Origin: Eledone cirrhosa
Taxonomy: Eukaryota
Length of the DNA: 64,000 nucleotides
Reading direction: 5' to 3'
Assembly: GCA_964016885.1 (NCBI GenBank)
Contig: OZ024749.1
Coordinates: 33,294,001 to 33,358,000, forward strand
Below, piece after piece: positions 1 through 14,917 of the stretch (its first letter is position 1; each line of letters begins with the position of its first letter). The position numbers and the translations under genes were made by a program. The notes under the pieces were generated by a model that saw only the letters and a program-made list of their open reading frames with translations, did no database searches and was not told the origin of the DNA.

Positions 1-1273
1 TATGTGATGTAGATGGAGATTGTGAGATGAAGAGGGAAACCAAAAAAAGATTTCAAGGGGACAAAGCTTGAAGGAGATAAAACAACTGCAACATGTAGCA
101 AAATGTGAGAAGACCCAGCCAACCAATGCAAGGATGAAAAACATTGGTGTTGTAAAAATATGACACTGTAGAGACTTGAATAAGTTGCACCCTTTTCCAT
201 GGAAATATGTAGATAAAAAAACAGGTAATTCACCTACTTGAGCTATAAATACTAACTTCAAAATATATGATACTGTAAATATTCTATGTAAAATGGACTT
301 ATACACATGATTATTCATAGTGCCTGATGCATTGTATTATTACATTTGAACATCCCTAATGGAATTGATAGATTTGAGATTTTCCAATGTGTAAAGAAAT
401 TTTTACTGTCCATTTTACATCTGCTTTTCCATGCTTACATGGGTTGAACAGATACAAAAGTTTAGAGAGAAGGCATTTTTAAGTGGTTTAGCTCAAGGTC
501 AACCCTGATCAAAAGCATCAACTCTCACCATCCTGTATTTTTTTTCAGACAGTATACATATATCATGGATGACACTATTAATCCATTAGCATTTACATTA
601 CTCTATATTTACTATTATATTTTCATGGTAAGAGCTTTATCTCAATTATCTCGCATAATATTGAATATGAAAGTTGATATTTATTTTGCGAACAATATCT
701 TAACGTCAGTATGAACAGCTGATTTGAACAGAAAGGTCAGAATTCTGACCGGATATGGCTGTTTTATATGCTAAAGGGTTAAATGTTTATTAAAGCTTGG
801 TGTGATTTGAGGGAGGGAAACAGTTTCTATTTCTAACAGGTTGAGCAACCATGCAAAGACCAATTCACTACAGCAAAGTCCAAGCTTTAAGAACAGGCTT
901 CTTGGATCAATCCACATATTTGGTAGTTTTGACAAGGTGGTAGTGGACTTCTTTCTATCATAATAGCATCTTTAATTACAAGATCATGTGACTGTTTTAG
1001 AAATTGCAGCCAGTTACATTTTCACAGATCCAAGGACTTTCCTTAATACACCACACACACACATCCTTTTCCAAATATAGTAGCATGTTATAGGAGGAAG
1101 ATGTGGCTGCTATTTCTAGTAGGTTGAAAGGTCTCATTAAGAAACCCTCTTTAGTTAAGAGAAACTAATTAGTCAATTGTATAAGTCATCAGAGATAGTT
1201 TCAATTAAGTCTTAATCACAAAATATCTCGCGATAATGACGTAGTAAGTCACTGAACTTTTGAAGTACCCACA

Positions 1274-1353
1274 CAGGGGTCCCCAAAAATGTATTCACAT
1301 TTATTAGAATGCTGTTAAGTGTATACACTGGGGGGGGGGGGGGGGGGGGGCTA
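1274..1353. mobile_element. Degenerate short Tc1/mariner-type MITE related to 40062-40139
   Basis: CAGGGGTCCCCAAAAA start; internal TTATTAGAATGCT is the reverse complement of the internal segment of the 40062 element; right end degraded to poly-G. Confidence 0.5.
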
Positions 1354-1647
1354 TATACACACACACATAGCGAGAGTGTCATCATGAAAGCGGTCTATAA
1401 ACAGTTTATGATTAGTACACAAAATGTCTGACTGTTCAGACATTTTGTAAACAAGCGCCTGAAGTAGATGGCAAAACATCGATTACAATTATGTCAGGCC
1501 ATGAAACCCAAGTTTTTTTTTTTTTTAAATATTTGTCTCCAACCTTCCAACCTCCTCCGAACTTTGCTCTTTTCTGATGACTACCACGCAATACGTTGCA
1601 ATATTTTCTTTTCCAAGAAACATGAAACTAATATGACTCGTTATCCT

Positions 1648-1685
<38 letters not shown>

Positions 1686-2963
1686 TTATTAGTTTAACGC
1701 TTAATAGCAGGAAAAGAGTTAACATTTTGGACGCTAGTCCATCAGGAGATAGAATGAGAAAAAAAAAAAAAAAAAAAAAAAAAAAGAGACGAGTGAGAAG
1801 AGGAAGAAACGAAAAAAAATATTTGGAGAAAAAAAAAGAAAAAAACGTATGTTCAGTTAACCACATATGCATAAACATACACAAGTATGTATACAGATAA
1901 TATATACATATATAGAATACATGTGTATATAATATATCTTCACACATTTATGATTTCAGCTTGCTAGTGTGGTTATGATGGGACATCATAACCAATGCTA
2001 GTTACAAACATTTCTTGGGTGTTGGTAATGGAACACTCCGCTTAGCCAACGACAGCCTCTATATCAAGAGTGAAGGGAAAACCCCATCCCCAGCTGACGA
2101 AGTCCATAAAAACTTATATGGAATAAAATAAAATGTATTTAACACAGAAGACCTAAATAGTAACGAAATTTAAATTGCGTAATTACAAATATGTAAAATT
2201 GAAGATTCGTTATTTTTCTAAACAAAGATGCGTCTGTACCATTGACAAGGTCTTAAACATACGTAATTCACCTGTTACACTAAAATCTTCCATCTTAGCT
2301 CTAGTCAGCTTATTCTGCTGGAAATAGTGACCAAATTTCCCTCAAATCACCTTTTTTAAACTAATGTGGCCCTAGACACAGAGTCTGAAAAAATAAAAGA
2401 CGTGGTGGACACGGTTGCAACGTATTTCATCGTAGGTGTACACGATCAAGGGGTTTAAACAACATTAACAAATATACTGAAAAATCAATGCGATATATAC
2501 ACACACGATGCGTGTTTAATGCATCACACGTATCATTTTAGGGTTTAACAGAGACACGACTTTGATAAGTTAACTAAAAACGGGAGAGTTACTCCCAGAA
2601 CGAAAAAGTGTTAAGAGTTTCTTTCGTCTTATACAAGTGAAAAATATGTCGAATTGTATACCTAGATAACAGCTATGTAAAGTATGTATAGGTGACCTGT
2701 ATTTTCTATGAGAGAGAGAGAGAGATAACTGGCAGAGATTTTGAATGAGTAAAAAGTTTTTGTGAGCTGAGAGAGAGAAAGAATGAGGACAAAGAGATGG
2801 GAGAGATTGTTCGAGAGATCTTATCGTACTCCCCCCCCCCCCCCCCATCCGCAACAGATACATAACTGTACAGGGTGGGGAGCGAACGAAAGATGTCTAC
2901 GAAAGGTTTTACTCATTTGTTAATGTAGTCTTGTAGATACGATCATCCCACAAATGTGTGCGC

Positions 2964-3026
<63 letters not shown>

Positions 3027-4037
3027 CTAAATAGACACTTCTATGCCTAAGCTATATAAACGACCAACATGACAAGGAACACTAAAATCCTTCGTCTTAA
3101 GCGACGTAAACAACTTCGGTAGTTTCTGTCCACTTTCGTAGTTGTTAAACTAAGTGTATGTGTGAGTGTTCAGAAATCTTTCCGTACATTAGAGATTGCC
3201 GAATATACGCAGGAGTCTTAAGAAATCTGCAATGTAGAAAGATTGCTGAACACACACACACACACACGAGACGAGGAAAAAAACAAAAAAAAAACAAAAA
3301 AAAAAACACTGAAAAGCCTGTCTACCTCATGTTAGCAGGCAAGACATTGCAGATGATTTATTCGGCCAATTTATGAAATAAATAAGACACTCAACCAGCC
3401 AACACCTCTCTCTCTACCCAAAACTATGTTGTTGGGTCAGTGTAAAGTTTGACAAGTTTTATTCATCAACAAAAGACAGACAGAACAGTGAATGACCTAC
3501 AATATAAAATGAATAGGAATATATGTTGAGTCTCTTTTTTTGTTGTCTGTATGGGATAGTGGCCGCCTTCAATTGTGAGAAAGAACAAACGAACGAAAGT
3601 GAATATAAGAGATAATTAAAATGGTAATATAGGAGTAAAAAGAAGGAAAATCCGATAGAACTGAGATAGAAAGTATATAAAATTATGAAAAGGATAGGGA
3701 GAATTGTAGTAAATTTATATCATTGAATACCAAAATGAAAGTGTTGGAGGCAGTTTAGAGAGAGATCCCATTTATACGTGTGTGCAAAAAGTAAACGGAA
3801 AAAATACAAGGGACGAACGATAGAGTACAATGAAAATTATATTAGTTTAACGTTTCTATATATATATATAGTTTTAGTATTGACGAAGGCGAGCATGAAT
3901 AACCAATACAATAGAGAAATAGTTGTTTAAAGTTAGTCTGTACTGTGATGACCATGTGAATATATAACATACAAGAGAAACTTCAAACTAACGGGTCACT
4001 GACTGGACCTTAAACTATGTATGTATAACCTCTCCTC

Positions 4038-4224
4038 GGTGGATTGGCAGTATTGGTAGAGGGTCGGACGCCATGCTTTGACGTATACAGTTAAGGCCCT
4101 TGCCATTCTGAGTTCAAATCCCGCCGAGGTTAACTTTGCCTTTCATCCTTACGGGGTCGATAAAATAAAGCACCAGTAATGCACTGGGTATTTGCTGGCC
4201 TTGTGCCAAACGTAGAAACAATTA
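4038..4224 (+). mobile_element. tRNA-derived SINE, family 1
   Basis: A-box-like TGGCAGTATTGG, B-box GAGTTCAAATCC, core GCCTTTCATCCTTACGGGGTCGATAAAATAA, tail GTAGAAACAATTAT; many copies in the window. Confidence 0.85.
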
Positions 4225-5125
4225 TATATATATATATAAGCACACGGTGTGTGTGTGTGTGTGTGTAAAGAAAGGAGACGGCGGCCTGGGAAAGGAGGAA
4301 GTGTGATTGGCTTATCTTTTACCATGAATTCACACATTGAAAAGTAAAGTGAACTGAAGTGTCCGGAATAATACCATGTACACATTCCTCCCAACGATGG
4401 TCGCACCTATTTTGGGACTATATTCCGATTATATGTATGTAGTAATAGACAGTGTACTACTACTACTACTACTACACAATAAAAGACTACTATACTGACA
4501 ATTTAAACCCTTCAACCTATCAGTTAAAAAGAAAAAAGACAAATTGGATGTGATTTTAGATACACTGCCCGAAGAAACAAGATAATACAGAATGGTCAAT
4601 CTTGAATGTATTTCATTCGTAGGCTTGATCAGAGCTGACCTGGGGCTAAACAATAGTGGAATGACGAGCAACGAGAGGGCCCTCAGCTTGGTCGTTCCAC
4701 ACACACACACACAATATATAATTCCAAATCAGCCTTAAATTACACCCTCTCGCCTTCGAAAAGGAGACATAAAATAATTTAGTTCATAATCCTTAAGAAA
4801 AGAACGGAATGGGATGGTCAGGACGACTGGAAGAAACATTAATAAATTCATGAAGTTCCTTCGATCAAAGCAGACCTGGTGCTAAATAACAACGAGCGGG
4901 AAACATAAGTAGATAACGAAAGGAAATGTTGAGATGGATATTTTAGAAGAAAAGATGTGGATATATACAGAAACAGTAATGTTATAACATCATATACTCA
5001 GCGAGGGCATATATAACATACCGGTGATGTGTACTAGAGGTAGACATGTTGAGAGGTTTCTAAGAAATAAAGGGTGGCGGTGAAATGGAAGAGTTTAGAG
5101 TAGCGGTGATTATATATATATATAA

Positions 5126-5197
5126 AGTTGACGGAACCAGCATGGGTTCACTGCTAGGCTCGGTTGCATCTCAGCACACTCAATAGGTAATGTTAAA
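5126..5197 (-). mobile_element. Tail-only fragment of the HHR element family at 49560-50272
   Basis: Reverse complement reads ACATTACCTATTGAGTGTGCTGAGATGCAACCG...CCGTCAACTT then (TA)n, homologous to 50198-50270 and 60584-60652. Confidence 0.65.
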
Positions 5198-5270
5198 CTC
5201 CAAAAGTAGACAGTTATTCGCTTCAATACAATGCACATAAATGGGGGTATGTGTGTGTGTATATAGTTTT

Positions 5271-5440
5271 ATGTATGACCCCGACGGCAGAGCTCAAACC
5301 GTTTCGACGGTTATTTCTGTCCAGAAATAGCTGTCGAAACGGCTTGAGCTCTGCCGTCGGGGGTCATACATTTTCCTATTACCCTAAGTATTGAGTACTC
5401 TGGTGCGTTATGATCCATCCGATTCCTTACCACAACTCCG

Positions 5441-5442
<2 letters not shown>
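5271..5442 (+). mobile_element. Fold-back element, family A: ~100-bp palindrome with HHR 3' half plus tail
   Basis: Palindrome 5271-5371 contains GAAACGGC..GCCGTC; tail CCCTAAGTATTGAGTACTC...CCGTT ends in (TA)n; homologous to 46668, 49284 and 50645. Confidence 0.8.
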
Positions 5443-5487
<45 letters not shown>

Positions 5488-8424
5488 AAAGAATACTGAC
5501 CGAGAGGAAAGTACTAGGAAGTGGGAGATAAGATAAAGGAAAGAATAGGGTCTTTATATTAGTTTTCAATGAAAGTTGAAGGGAGGGGTTGCAAATATAT
5601 AAAAAGAGAAGGGGGAGGAAGAGATAAAAAGATAGGGGAAATCCAAAAAGCAGGGTGTCTGTGTGTATATATAAATATACGCACAGCATGTACAATTATA
5701 CACTATATATAAATTTAGTGTATAAGTGCGAAATCACCACTATATACACTATACAGACACTAGTAGATAAAATTAAAAGCGTGTACGAAAATCTCAATAT
5801 ATTGAAGGCAAATTAATTAAAGATAAGAGCGAGGTGGTGATGGTAGTGGAAGGAATAATTATCACCAGTGACGAGATTTACTGAAACAGATTTACTTTAA
5901 AAAGTATCACTAGAACCACACACACAAAACCATATATATATATATCCATACATACATACACAAGAGATAACAATCAGTCACACATACCGACACAAAAACT
6001 TTTTAAGGAGTGTTTATTATACGGTAAAAAATGCTGTCAGGCAAGTTAATCACGGTTATTTCACATAAAAATAAATGGGAGATGGCGGAGAAGGAGAGAG
6101 AGGAAGAAATGTACAAGAAAGAGAGAGAAAGAGCAACACATTTCAAAATGGCCGCCACTGTGTGTGTGTATCTGATAGTAAAAAGATTATCACGCTTAAC
6201 TTGCATATCTATGTATGTGTGTATATACACATATACACATAACTGAATAGTGTAGCAAGGCCATTTATAAACCTAAATATTAAAAAAATTGAACTGTATC
6301 TAATATAATGTTACTATTCATAAAAATAGTTTTGGAATATGTATGAAAAACAAAAATAGTTGATGTAGTGAAACATACAAAGAATCTTTTTAAAACTTAA
6401 AAGTTTTCAATAATACACATACACAATATATATATATATATATATATGTGTATATAAACATTTGAAATCTGGTATGGTAATCCAGTGTATATAAGGTTTT
6501 TAAAAAATTGTTCACACGTACACCTATGTTATCTATATACAACTTTGGAGTTGAATTTGTATTGGGAATAATTGAAATGACAAATACTACACTTGGTTTT
6601 CATTATAACTTTTAAATATATACTTGTTTATGCAACAGAATTCGTATTTAATATAATACACCTGCTTTAAATTGGCACACACACACACACACATATCTAT
6701 ATAGTCACATCTATATTTAGACATTTATACATTCACACACACAAAGGTGTTGGCATCCATTTAGTTCAATTTCTAGAATTGAAAAATTATAGCGACTCTT
6801 TTACAAACAATTCTCTTACCAGACTTTAACCCTCAACCTATTCACAATATATAAAATCATGTTTGAATACTTTTTATTAATAATGTGTGAAGTTTAATAA
6901 ACTTTGACCGAAATTTCATGGCTTCCAATTGATCAGTTCTGCCCACCCCCTATCTCTCGCTGTGAGTACCTCTAGGTGGCCGCACTGCTTGCTAGAATTA
7001 GCAGTATCGTCATAGATAGTATTTTATTTGATTTCGGAAACTATGATGTGATGGTCACTGTTGGGTTAAACGATTTTTAAAATTATGGCGCTAGATTACA
7101 TAAGAGATAAAACATTTCCCGAAAAGTCGGTAATATACACTTCAATAAGCAGTAAAGTTTAAAATTTAATGTAAATGGTAAGAGATTTTATGGAAATAAA
7201 TATACCGTTCCTCATATCCATGTAAAAACAAAATCAGAAACTATATATCGACTTGGAATTCTAGCGATAATATATACACGCATACATACACACATATATA
7301 TATATAATATATAATGAACCCAGTAAAATCCGGTGTTAGTCTAAATATACTGCAAAGTTTTTCATCGTATACTACTACTTCATTGACAGGCACAAATATT
7401 ATACGCAAATAAAGATCTATACACGTGTTTGTGTGTAATTGATTATAAACACCAAAAGACTATTACACACATGCGTTTCTATCGTTACACACACACACAC
7501 ACACACACGTGTGTATCTGTCTACCCATACACAGACACGAACTTTACAGATGTGTTTGAAAAAACATCAATATCACCCACATTTGTCTAATATCTCTGAA
7601 GAAACTGATTCGTTTAAGAGAATGTGTGTAGTGAGGGGTTGGGGAAGTGTCTCTGGCCCTTATCAAGGCCTTACACACACACATACATAATTCCCTGGTG
7701 ATAAGGAACTCTCAGGAGGTCTTCCGAGAAGAAACCCTCCTCAAGCTCTGTGTGTGTGCGTGCGTGTGGTATATATCAACATAGTTGTCCTTACACAAAC
7801 GCATCTACACATATATAAATAGAAAAACAAAGTTTCTATCATATCTCAAAAATATATCTTTAAAAAGTGACAATGAAAAAGGTTTTAAAGAGTATTTTGG
7901 GGGTCGTTATTACAATTTACAAACTTTAGAAGGAACAAATAGATATTTCTTGAACTATGAATTTAACTCTCAAAGAATGTGTGGAGGGAGAGAGACTAGT
8001 AAAACAGTTGACAAGATAAGGAAATTTATATTTGGGCCAACATTTGATGGCATTTCAGATACACACACACAGAGTACTGCCTAATATTGCCACACATACA
8101 GATATATATATATATATATTCACAATACTGACAGTAATATTACTACACACACACGTTCACCATGACGGGTTGTCGAGACGAGTCTATGTAGTCACTTGAT
8201 CCACTAGAAATAACAGCCAAATTTGTCTCAAGACACCGTACCGTCAATATAGAGGACAAGACATACAAAATAATTGTTTCTACAAAATAATATAAACCGA
8301 AACATATCTAAAATTGCAGTAGGTTCATGACTTTTGTATAACTTTGATCATAGATATGTTTGATTAGCACTACTTGAAGTTTTTAACAGAAGCGCAATAT
8401 CTACATATAAGGAGTTTCCGACTT

Positions 8425-8476
<52 letters not shown>

Positions 8477-8802
8477 CACGTGTATAATGTATAGTAAACA
8501 TTTATATACACCCATGCAATTCATCGCTGCATTAACACACGCAGATATTTAAAACTGCATGTGTGTATAACATTTACACGTGTTTACTACACAAAAAAGA
8601 CAATATATTGATATACGTATGTGAATTTACACAAGGAGCTAATAAACACACACACACACACACAAAGGCGGTATTAAATACACATAAACACAGGAGCTAA
8701 CACTACCTTACAAGTGATAATACGTAAATATATATACAAGAAATAAGACTGCTAAAGAATGCAAGAAAAAAGCACCAGCTGTATTGAATACATATATACA
8801 AA

Positions 8803-8974
8803 TATAGCAACAGAAATGCATATATATATATATATACACACACGCACACACACACATTCCTATATAACAAAATATATATATACAGATTCATATACATCAA
8901 CACAAGTATATTATAAGACATACATACACATCAAAATCACAAATATACACATTCCTATATAGCAACAGAAATGC

Positions 8975-9008
<34 letters not shown>

Positions 9009-9143
9009 CACACACACACACACACACATTCCTATATAACAAAATGTATATATACAGATTCATATACATTAACACAAGTATATTATAAGACATACATACA
9101 CATCAAAATCACAAATATACACATTCCTATATAGCAACAGAAA

Positions 9144-9212
<69 letters not shown>

Positions 9213-9310
9213 TCCTATATAACAAAATATATATATATATATATACAGATTGATATACATCAACACAAGTATATTATAAGACATACATACAAACAACATC
9301 ACAAATATAC
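8803..9310. repeat. Three tandem ~155-180 bp units just inside intron 1 of the quaking gene
   Basis: ATAGCAACAGAAATGC...CATTCCTATATAACAAAA...CAACACAAGTATATTATAAGACATAC occurs three times with variable (TA)n/(CA)n lengths. Confidence 0.85.
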
Positions 9311-9357
9311 ACATACATATATATACACACATATATATATATATACTGAGTACTTAC

Positions 9358-9484
9358 CATCTTCCAGTAGTCTCTCCATGTGTACAAAGACGTTTGGAAA
9401 CGCCTGCAACTGTTTTCTATCCTTTAACAATTGTGATAAATACTCTGGCGAATTTCGATCCTCTTTATTATTTTCAGTACCCAT
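9358..9484 (-). CDS. qki: First coding exon of a quaking / held-out-wings (STAR family) RNA-binding protein, QUA1 dimerisation region; gene continues beyond the left edge
   Basis: Translation MGTENNKEDRNSPEYLSQLLKDRKQLQAFPNVFVHMERLLED matches the QUA1 motif of HOW/QKI (YL.QLLKD+KQL.AFPNVF.H.ERLL+EE). ATG context is CAAAATGG. The exon ends at a canonical G|GTAAGT donor (intron starts at 9357), phase 1. Confidence 0.93.
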
Positions 9485-9733
9485 TTTGTAATAATTATAA
9501 TTAGTATTTTTTTAAATTATCCTCAATATTTATATATATGTAATGGTTTTGTATGATAAAGGGCCACTGTTGTGTTGTGTCAGTTGGGTTTGGAAAAAAA
9601 ATATGAATATGAAAAACAATGAATAAGGATATGTATATGTATATTTAGGTATATATATAGAGAGAGAGAGAGATTATATATATATGTTTTAGTTTGGTTG
9701 GTGGTAATACACTTGCTTAACTTTTGTTGTTTG

Positions 9734-9764
<31 letters not shown>

Positions 9765-9814
9765 GTTTGATTTAAATTTCTCTCCAACTTACTGAAGAGA
9801 TGTATATATGTATA

Positions 9815-9860
<46 letters not shown>

Positions 9861-11730
9861 CTATGACTGCAATAAGAAAATATTTAACGATTGATAGAAG
9901 AAATAAGATTAAATGTAACGCGTGTGTGTGTGTGTTAAAGGATTTCTGTGTATGTGTAATTTCGGTATTTCCTCCGATTTTGTCTTTCACTCCTGATTCT
10001 CCAAGTTTTCACTTAATCCACAGAAACAATATAAACATGCAAACATACACATATATATATTATTTATATATAATATAAAAACAATATATATTGTACGTAT
10101 GTATTGTAATAGTATACTTGTTACTTGTTTCTGTTATGTTACAAATTGGCAACTCCTGTTTTCTCTCCAAGGATAATAAGTTAGAATGTAGAATTTCCAC
10201 GATGAAGTATCATGAAAGAAAAATATTTTTCTTTTCTCCAGGTTCCTCGAATATATTTCTCTTCTCTCTTTCGTGGCAAGTATATATTTGTCCGTTGTTC
10301 TTGCTATATAAAAAATGCCCTATATATATAGCAACAGTAGTTATAGTATATTTGAGAGGGTATCACATATACAAACGTATGTATAGATATATTTTTATAT
10401 ATTTATACGTACATGCGCGTAGTATGCTTGTATAACTATATACATATATATTTATATACACCTGATATAAATGTAAATCTACAACGAGGTGTATACATAA
10501 ATATATATATATATCTCCTTATATCCTGTTTTGTGAAGGGGAGGTGAGAAAAAAAAGATAGACCGGGACAAGGGGACTGGAAAATAAGTTGACCCCCCTT
10601 TAAAAAAAAAAAAATCCGGGCCTACTTAGAGGTATAAAATTGTATATTTTGGCGTTAGTCACAAAGTTTTGAGCTGTTGCTTGTGTAAAGGAATTTATAA
10701 GTTTTGTTATTTGAAAGAGATTGTAAGAGAAGGAGGTTATGATGGTGGCGGCAGAAAAGAAAAGCTGCCGTGTTAGCTTAACTTCTCTCCTTCATACAAA
10801 TTTCTTACTGAACACGTGGGGAGAAGTGCGCATGGCTTTTGCCGTCTTCGGTTCAGTACATTCTTTTATTTAGGGGTGTACAGGATAGTTAATTTACTTT
10901 GTTAGTTACTTGCTTAGCTTAATTAGTTGGTTCGTTTGTTTGGTATTTTTTGTTTGTGTATTATATTTTAACTAGTGTTAGCTTTTTGATTTAGTTATTA
11001 TTATATATATATATTTATACACACACACATATTTATATATAGTTAAGTTAACTTTGGTTGGTTGTCTTCAAAAGTTGGTTTGTCAGAAAGTGTTTCCTTT
11101 AGTACACTAAACTTACTTGGTCGGATGACTTTTTCTGTGGATGTAAAAGGATTCTATTTTTATTTTCTTCTCTCTCTCGATCCTGCTTCAGAAAGGTGAG
11201 ATAGGATCGATTATATAAGTACCAAATAATATATTCTAATTCAATCGACTATATATTATATTCTCACTCTATTTGTATCTGGGCAAAAACAAACTTTATT
11301 AACAGTTTCTTACACATTTAGTACATGGGACGGACGGGCTTAAAATGTTTTTTTTTTATCCAGCGATTGTTAATTTATTTACGAAAACAATCTCTCTCTA
11401 AATATTTTTTTCAAAATATATTTCCTATATATTTTTCGGGTTCAACAAAAAACAGTTTTTTGTTTTTTGATATATTTCAATTGATGTTCAAAACATTTTT
11501 CGTACGATTAAGATATTTAAAATAGATATTAAAAGGGGGTAAAAAAAAAAAAAAGAATCTAAAAGTTATCTATTTCTAACTATTTTTCGAGCTTCTATTA
11601 CCATCTGTTTGTATATATACATATATATATATTATATATATATATATATATATAATGGAATGGTAAATATGTCCGGTTGACTCAGTCAGCTGGTTGGTCG
11701 GACGACTACATACATATGTATATATATATA

Positions 11731-11919
11731 ATCAAGTTTAATATAGAAATGGTTACCACAGGGCTAGAACTGTTTCATTCAAAAGAAATCAGGAATTTCT
11801 TTTGAATCAAACAGTCCTAGTCCCGTAGAAGCAATTTCTATAACAAACTTGATGTTTACACTCTACTAATGTATTGAGTACCTTACTAACTGTGGTTACC
11901 TCCGATTGAACCCGGGACT
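11731..11919 (+). mobile_element. Fold-back element, family B: palindrome with HHR 3' half plus tail
   Basis: Imperfect palindrome 11731-11853; tail GTATTGAGTACCTTACT...GGTTACC..CGATTGAACCCGGGA; homologous to 34104-34297. Confidence 0.75.
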
Positions 11920-12071
11920 CACACACATACACACAATATTAGAATATGCATTTAAAATACCATAGTATATAAAACTTTCAAACAATAACTCATTGAGTAT
12001 TCAATATTTGTGGGTAGAGTGTAAATTTTATTTCCTTAGAAAAGTGACTTTGAAGTTTCAATCTGGTCGCT

Positions 12072-12113
<42 letters not shown>

Positions 12114-12866
12114 CTGGCGCTTTAGTTCGGATCTAGCTGTCGAAACGGCTGGGGTCCTGAATATTTTCATATATATATATATTGTGTGTGTATCATAAAA
12201 AGCACTCTTATTGTCTCTGTTAATGGTATACGATATATAAAAACCAGTTGGGTTTGCTTTCTTGGTATATACATAAAACTACCTAGAATAAGCTAGCTTT
12301 TTCGGTATTAATATGTATGTTGGGTGTGTGATAAGAGGTAGAAAGCTAGGTAGATAAAGTGACTGAGTAGAGACCATGATGAATGACAGGGGTTGATGTG
12401 GTCGGTTAGAGAGAGAAAGGTAGGTATGTAAGTAAAATGCGTTAAACACACTTCAGTTTCTTTGCCTTACATTACCTTCTCATCACCACAAAAAAAAAAT
12501 CTAGCATCCATTTTCACTTCCAGCACCATCATCACTACCACCATCATCATTACTACAACCATCATCACTACTACAACCACCATCAACACTACCATCAATA
12601 CCTCCATCACTACCATCGCCATCATCATTTCTACCGCCACCATCACTACCAATAGCAGTAGCAACAACGACTGCAACAGTTTAATTTAGAAACTTATATA
12701 TATTTGTGTTACATATAATACTGCTTATTTATTTATATAACCGATGATTATATACACACATTTAATGTGTGTATTACGTAAAATCAGGGAAACATTAACT
12801 CAGTATGCACTCAACACATATAAGCAGAATATAGAAGTTTTCTTCCTTGTAAATATGTATGTATGC

Positions 12867-12908
<42 letters not shown>

Positions 12909-13871
12909 GATTAAAAATATCAGACCGCCTAGCAACAACTTAAAGTAGCCTGCGAAACAGCTTGTCTTATTAAATAATGACTACTTATATAAATCGAAAA
13001 TATTTCGCAGAGTCAGATGTATATTGGAATGGTATATTAAATAAGAATTATCAAAATCCACATAATTTAATAGTAACGATATAGAGATAGATGGAGGGAT
13101 GAAATATTTAACTATCATTTCTGCCCGGCGTCTCTTCAGTTTCTGCACCCCAAAAATATCATTATCTGTTTATTATTAACATTAATAATAATTTGTTTAT
13201 TTGCCACAAGGGTCTAATAATGATTCATACTGTTGGAAGAAGACCAACAACTTTGGGTGGAGGGGAAACTCGATTATTATATCGACTTAGGAAGGATGAA
13301 AAGTAAAGTTGACCTCGGCGGGATTCGAACTCAGAATGTGGAGGAGCCGGAAGAAATTTTCACGAGGTCACTTAAACATGTCTAGTGTAGTATAACCAAG
13401 TATATTGATTCTAAAAAATACAAGACTTATATTTTAAAATTATTTTCGGTTTGATTCAAGCGCGGAATTTTTATTTGAGAACGAATGATGATATAAATAA
13501 AAATAAAAATAGCCAGACACGGAGTACGATGCTCCGTCGCCCTATTTTTAATACTTATACTTATAGTGTTTTGTATGATATTTATTATTTGTTGTTGACG
13601 AAAGATCTGAAGTGAAAATGGGTGATTCGAATATTCATAACTACATCACCTCACCATTATATTTCTCTTACAAGAACACCAGAGACTACAAATGGAATTA
13701 AAACGAAGTAATCCTTGATGATAAGATGGAAATCGGGTCGCGGTCACGGTTCGCTAAACAGCTGGTCTGAGCTAAACACACGTATTTATGTTTTTTTTTA
13801 CAACTCTCTCTCCCCCTCTTGCTCGCCTGCATGTTTATATATATATATATATATTGTATGTGTATATACAC

Positions 13872-13909
<38 letters not shown>

Positions 13910-14443
13910 ATACAGACACACACACCTTTGAAAGTAAAATAGTTACGCAAGTTTAGTTCGTTTGGTGAGCAGTGAGAAAGAGGCGTGTTGTGGTGGGAGT
14001 TGACAACGTAGTGATAGTGGGAGGTAAAGGTGTGTAGTAGTACAACATAGAGTAGAAGGGAGAGGAGGAGGTTTGAGTGAAATGGTGGGAGTACTAGATG
14101 GGGAAGAGTAAGAGCAATACTAGAAAGAGTGGAGTAGGAGGTATACTAGAAAGATACAGATGGGGGAAGGGGAGAAGAGCTGTGGGAGGACGTTGTGGTT
14201 GTTTGTTGCATGTAATTAAAAATAATCCGTCCTTTTACGTCAGGTACGAAGGCCGATCTTTGTGTTTAATATATATATATATATAGTCGAAGTCTTTTTC
14301 ACATAAAATAAATAGAGCATCGGACGACATATATATATTATGAAATACTGTTGGCTTCACGCTCACAACAATTTCTATACTTTAATTTCTATATATATAT
14401 ATAAATTGTTATGTGTTTATTACATAACTATATATATAGATAT

Positions 14444-14695
14444 ATAGTTATGTAATAAACAACATAAGGCAATTATTTACCAGTGGTTTCTTAAAAGCAA
14501 AAAAATGTTGCTTTCAATGAGAAAATCCTGGTGTATTTCAGGATTTTCTCATTCTGATGATTGAAAGCAAAATTTTTTTGCTTTTAAGAAACCACTGGTA
14601 AATGATATAATTGCCTTATGTTGTTTATTACATAACTATTAAGCTCTGTTACCTACATAGAGCACTCTTTTTTCCTGGACTTTTCCGACGGAGTT

Positions 14696-14700
<5 letters not shown>
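14444..14700 (+). mobile_element. Fold-back element with a complete HHR and tail, flanked by (TA)n
   Basis: Inverted arms 14444-14530 and 14539-14639; tail TACATAGAGCACTCTT...ACGGAGTTACTT resembles 52981-53040. Confidence 0.8.
14549..14605 (+). ncRNA. Type I hammerhead ribozyme
   Basis: Stem I TCATT/AATGA; CTGATGA at 14554; 12-bp stem II TTGAAAGCAAAA/TTTTGCTTTTAA; GAAA; stem III ACCA-C-TGGT; GUA cleavage triplet ending at 14600. Confidence 0.85.
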
Positions 14701-14755
<55 letters not shown>

Positions 14756-14759
<4 letters not shown>

Positions 14760-14872
14760 TTTTAATCCATAACTTCTAGTAGAGCCGTTCGGGGGCCGTA
14801 GTATAATATAGTGCTTTGGGCATTTGTTTTTAAAACCCATGGTCATTTGTGATTGAAGAGGATCTTTGCTTT

Positions 14873-14917
<45 letters not shown>

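Noticed and set aside
2090-2130. CTGACGA followed by a TCCATA/TATGGA hairpin, possible hammerhead
   Set aside because: No GAAA box, stem III or stem I partner downstream
6075-6160. YY1-like AGATGGCGG / AAAATGGCCGCC motifs in intron 1
   Set aside because: Short motifs with no conservation data available
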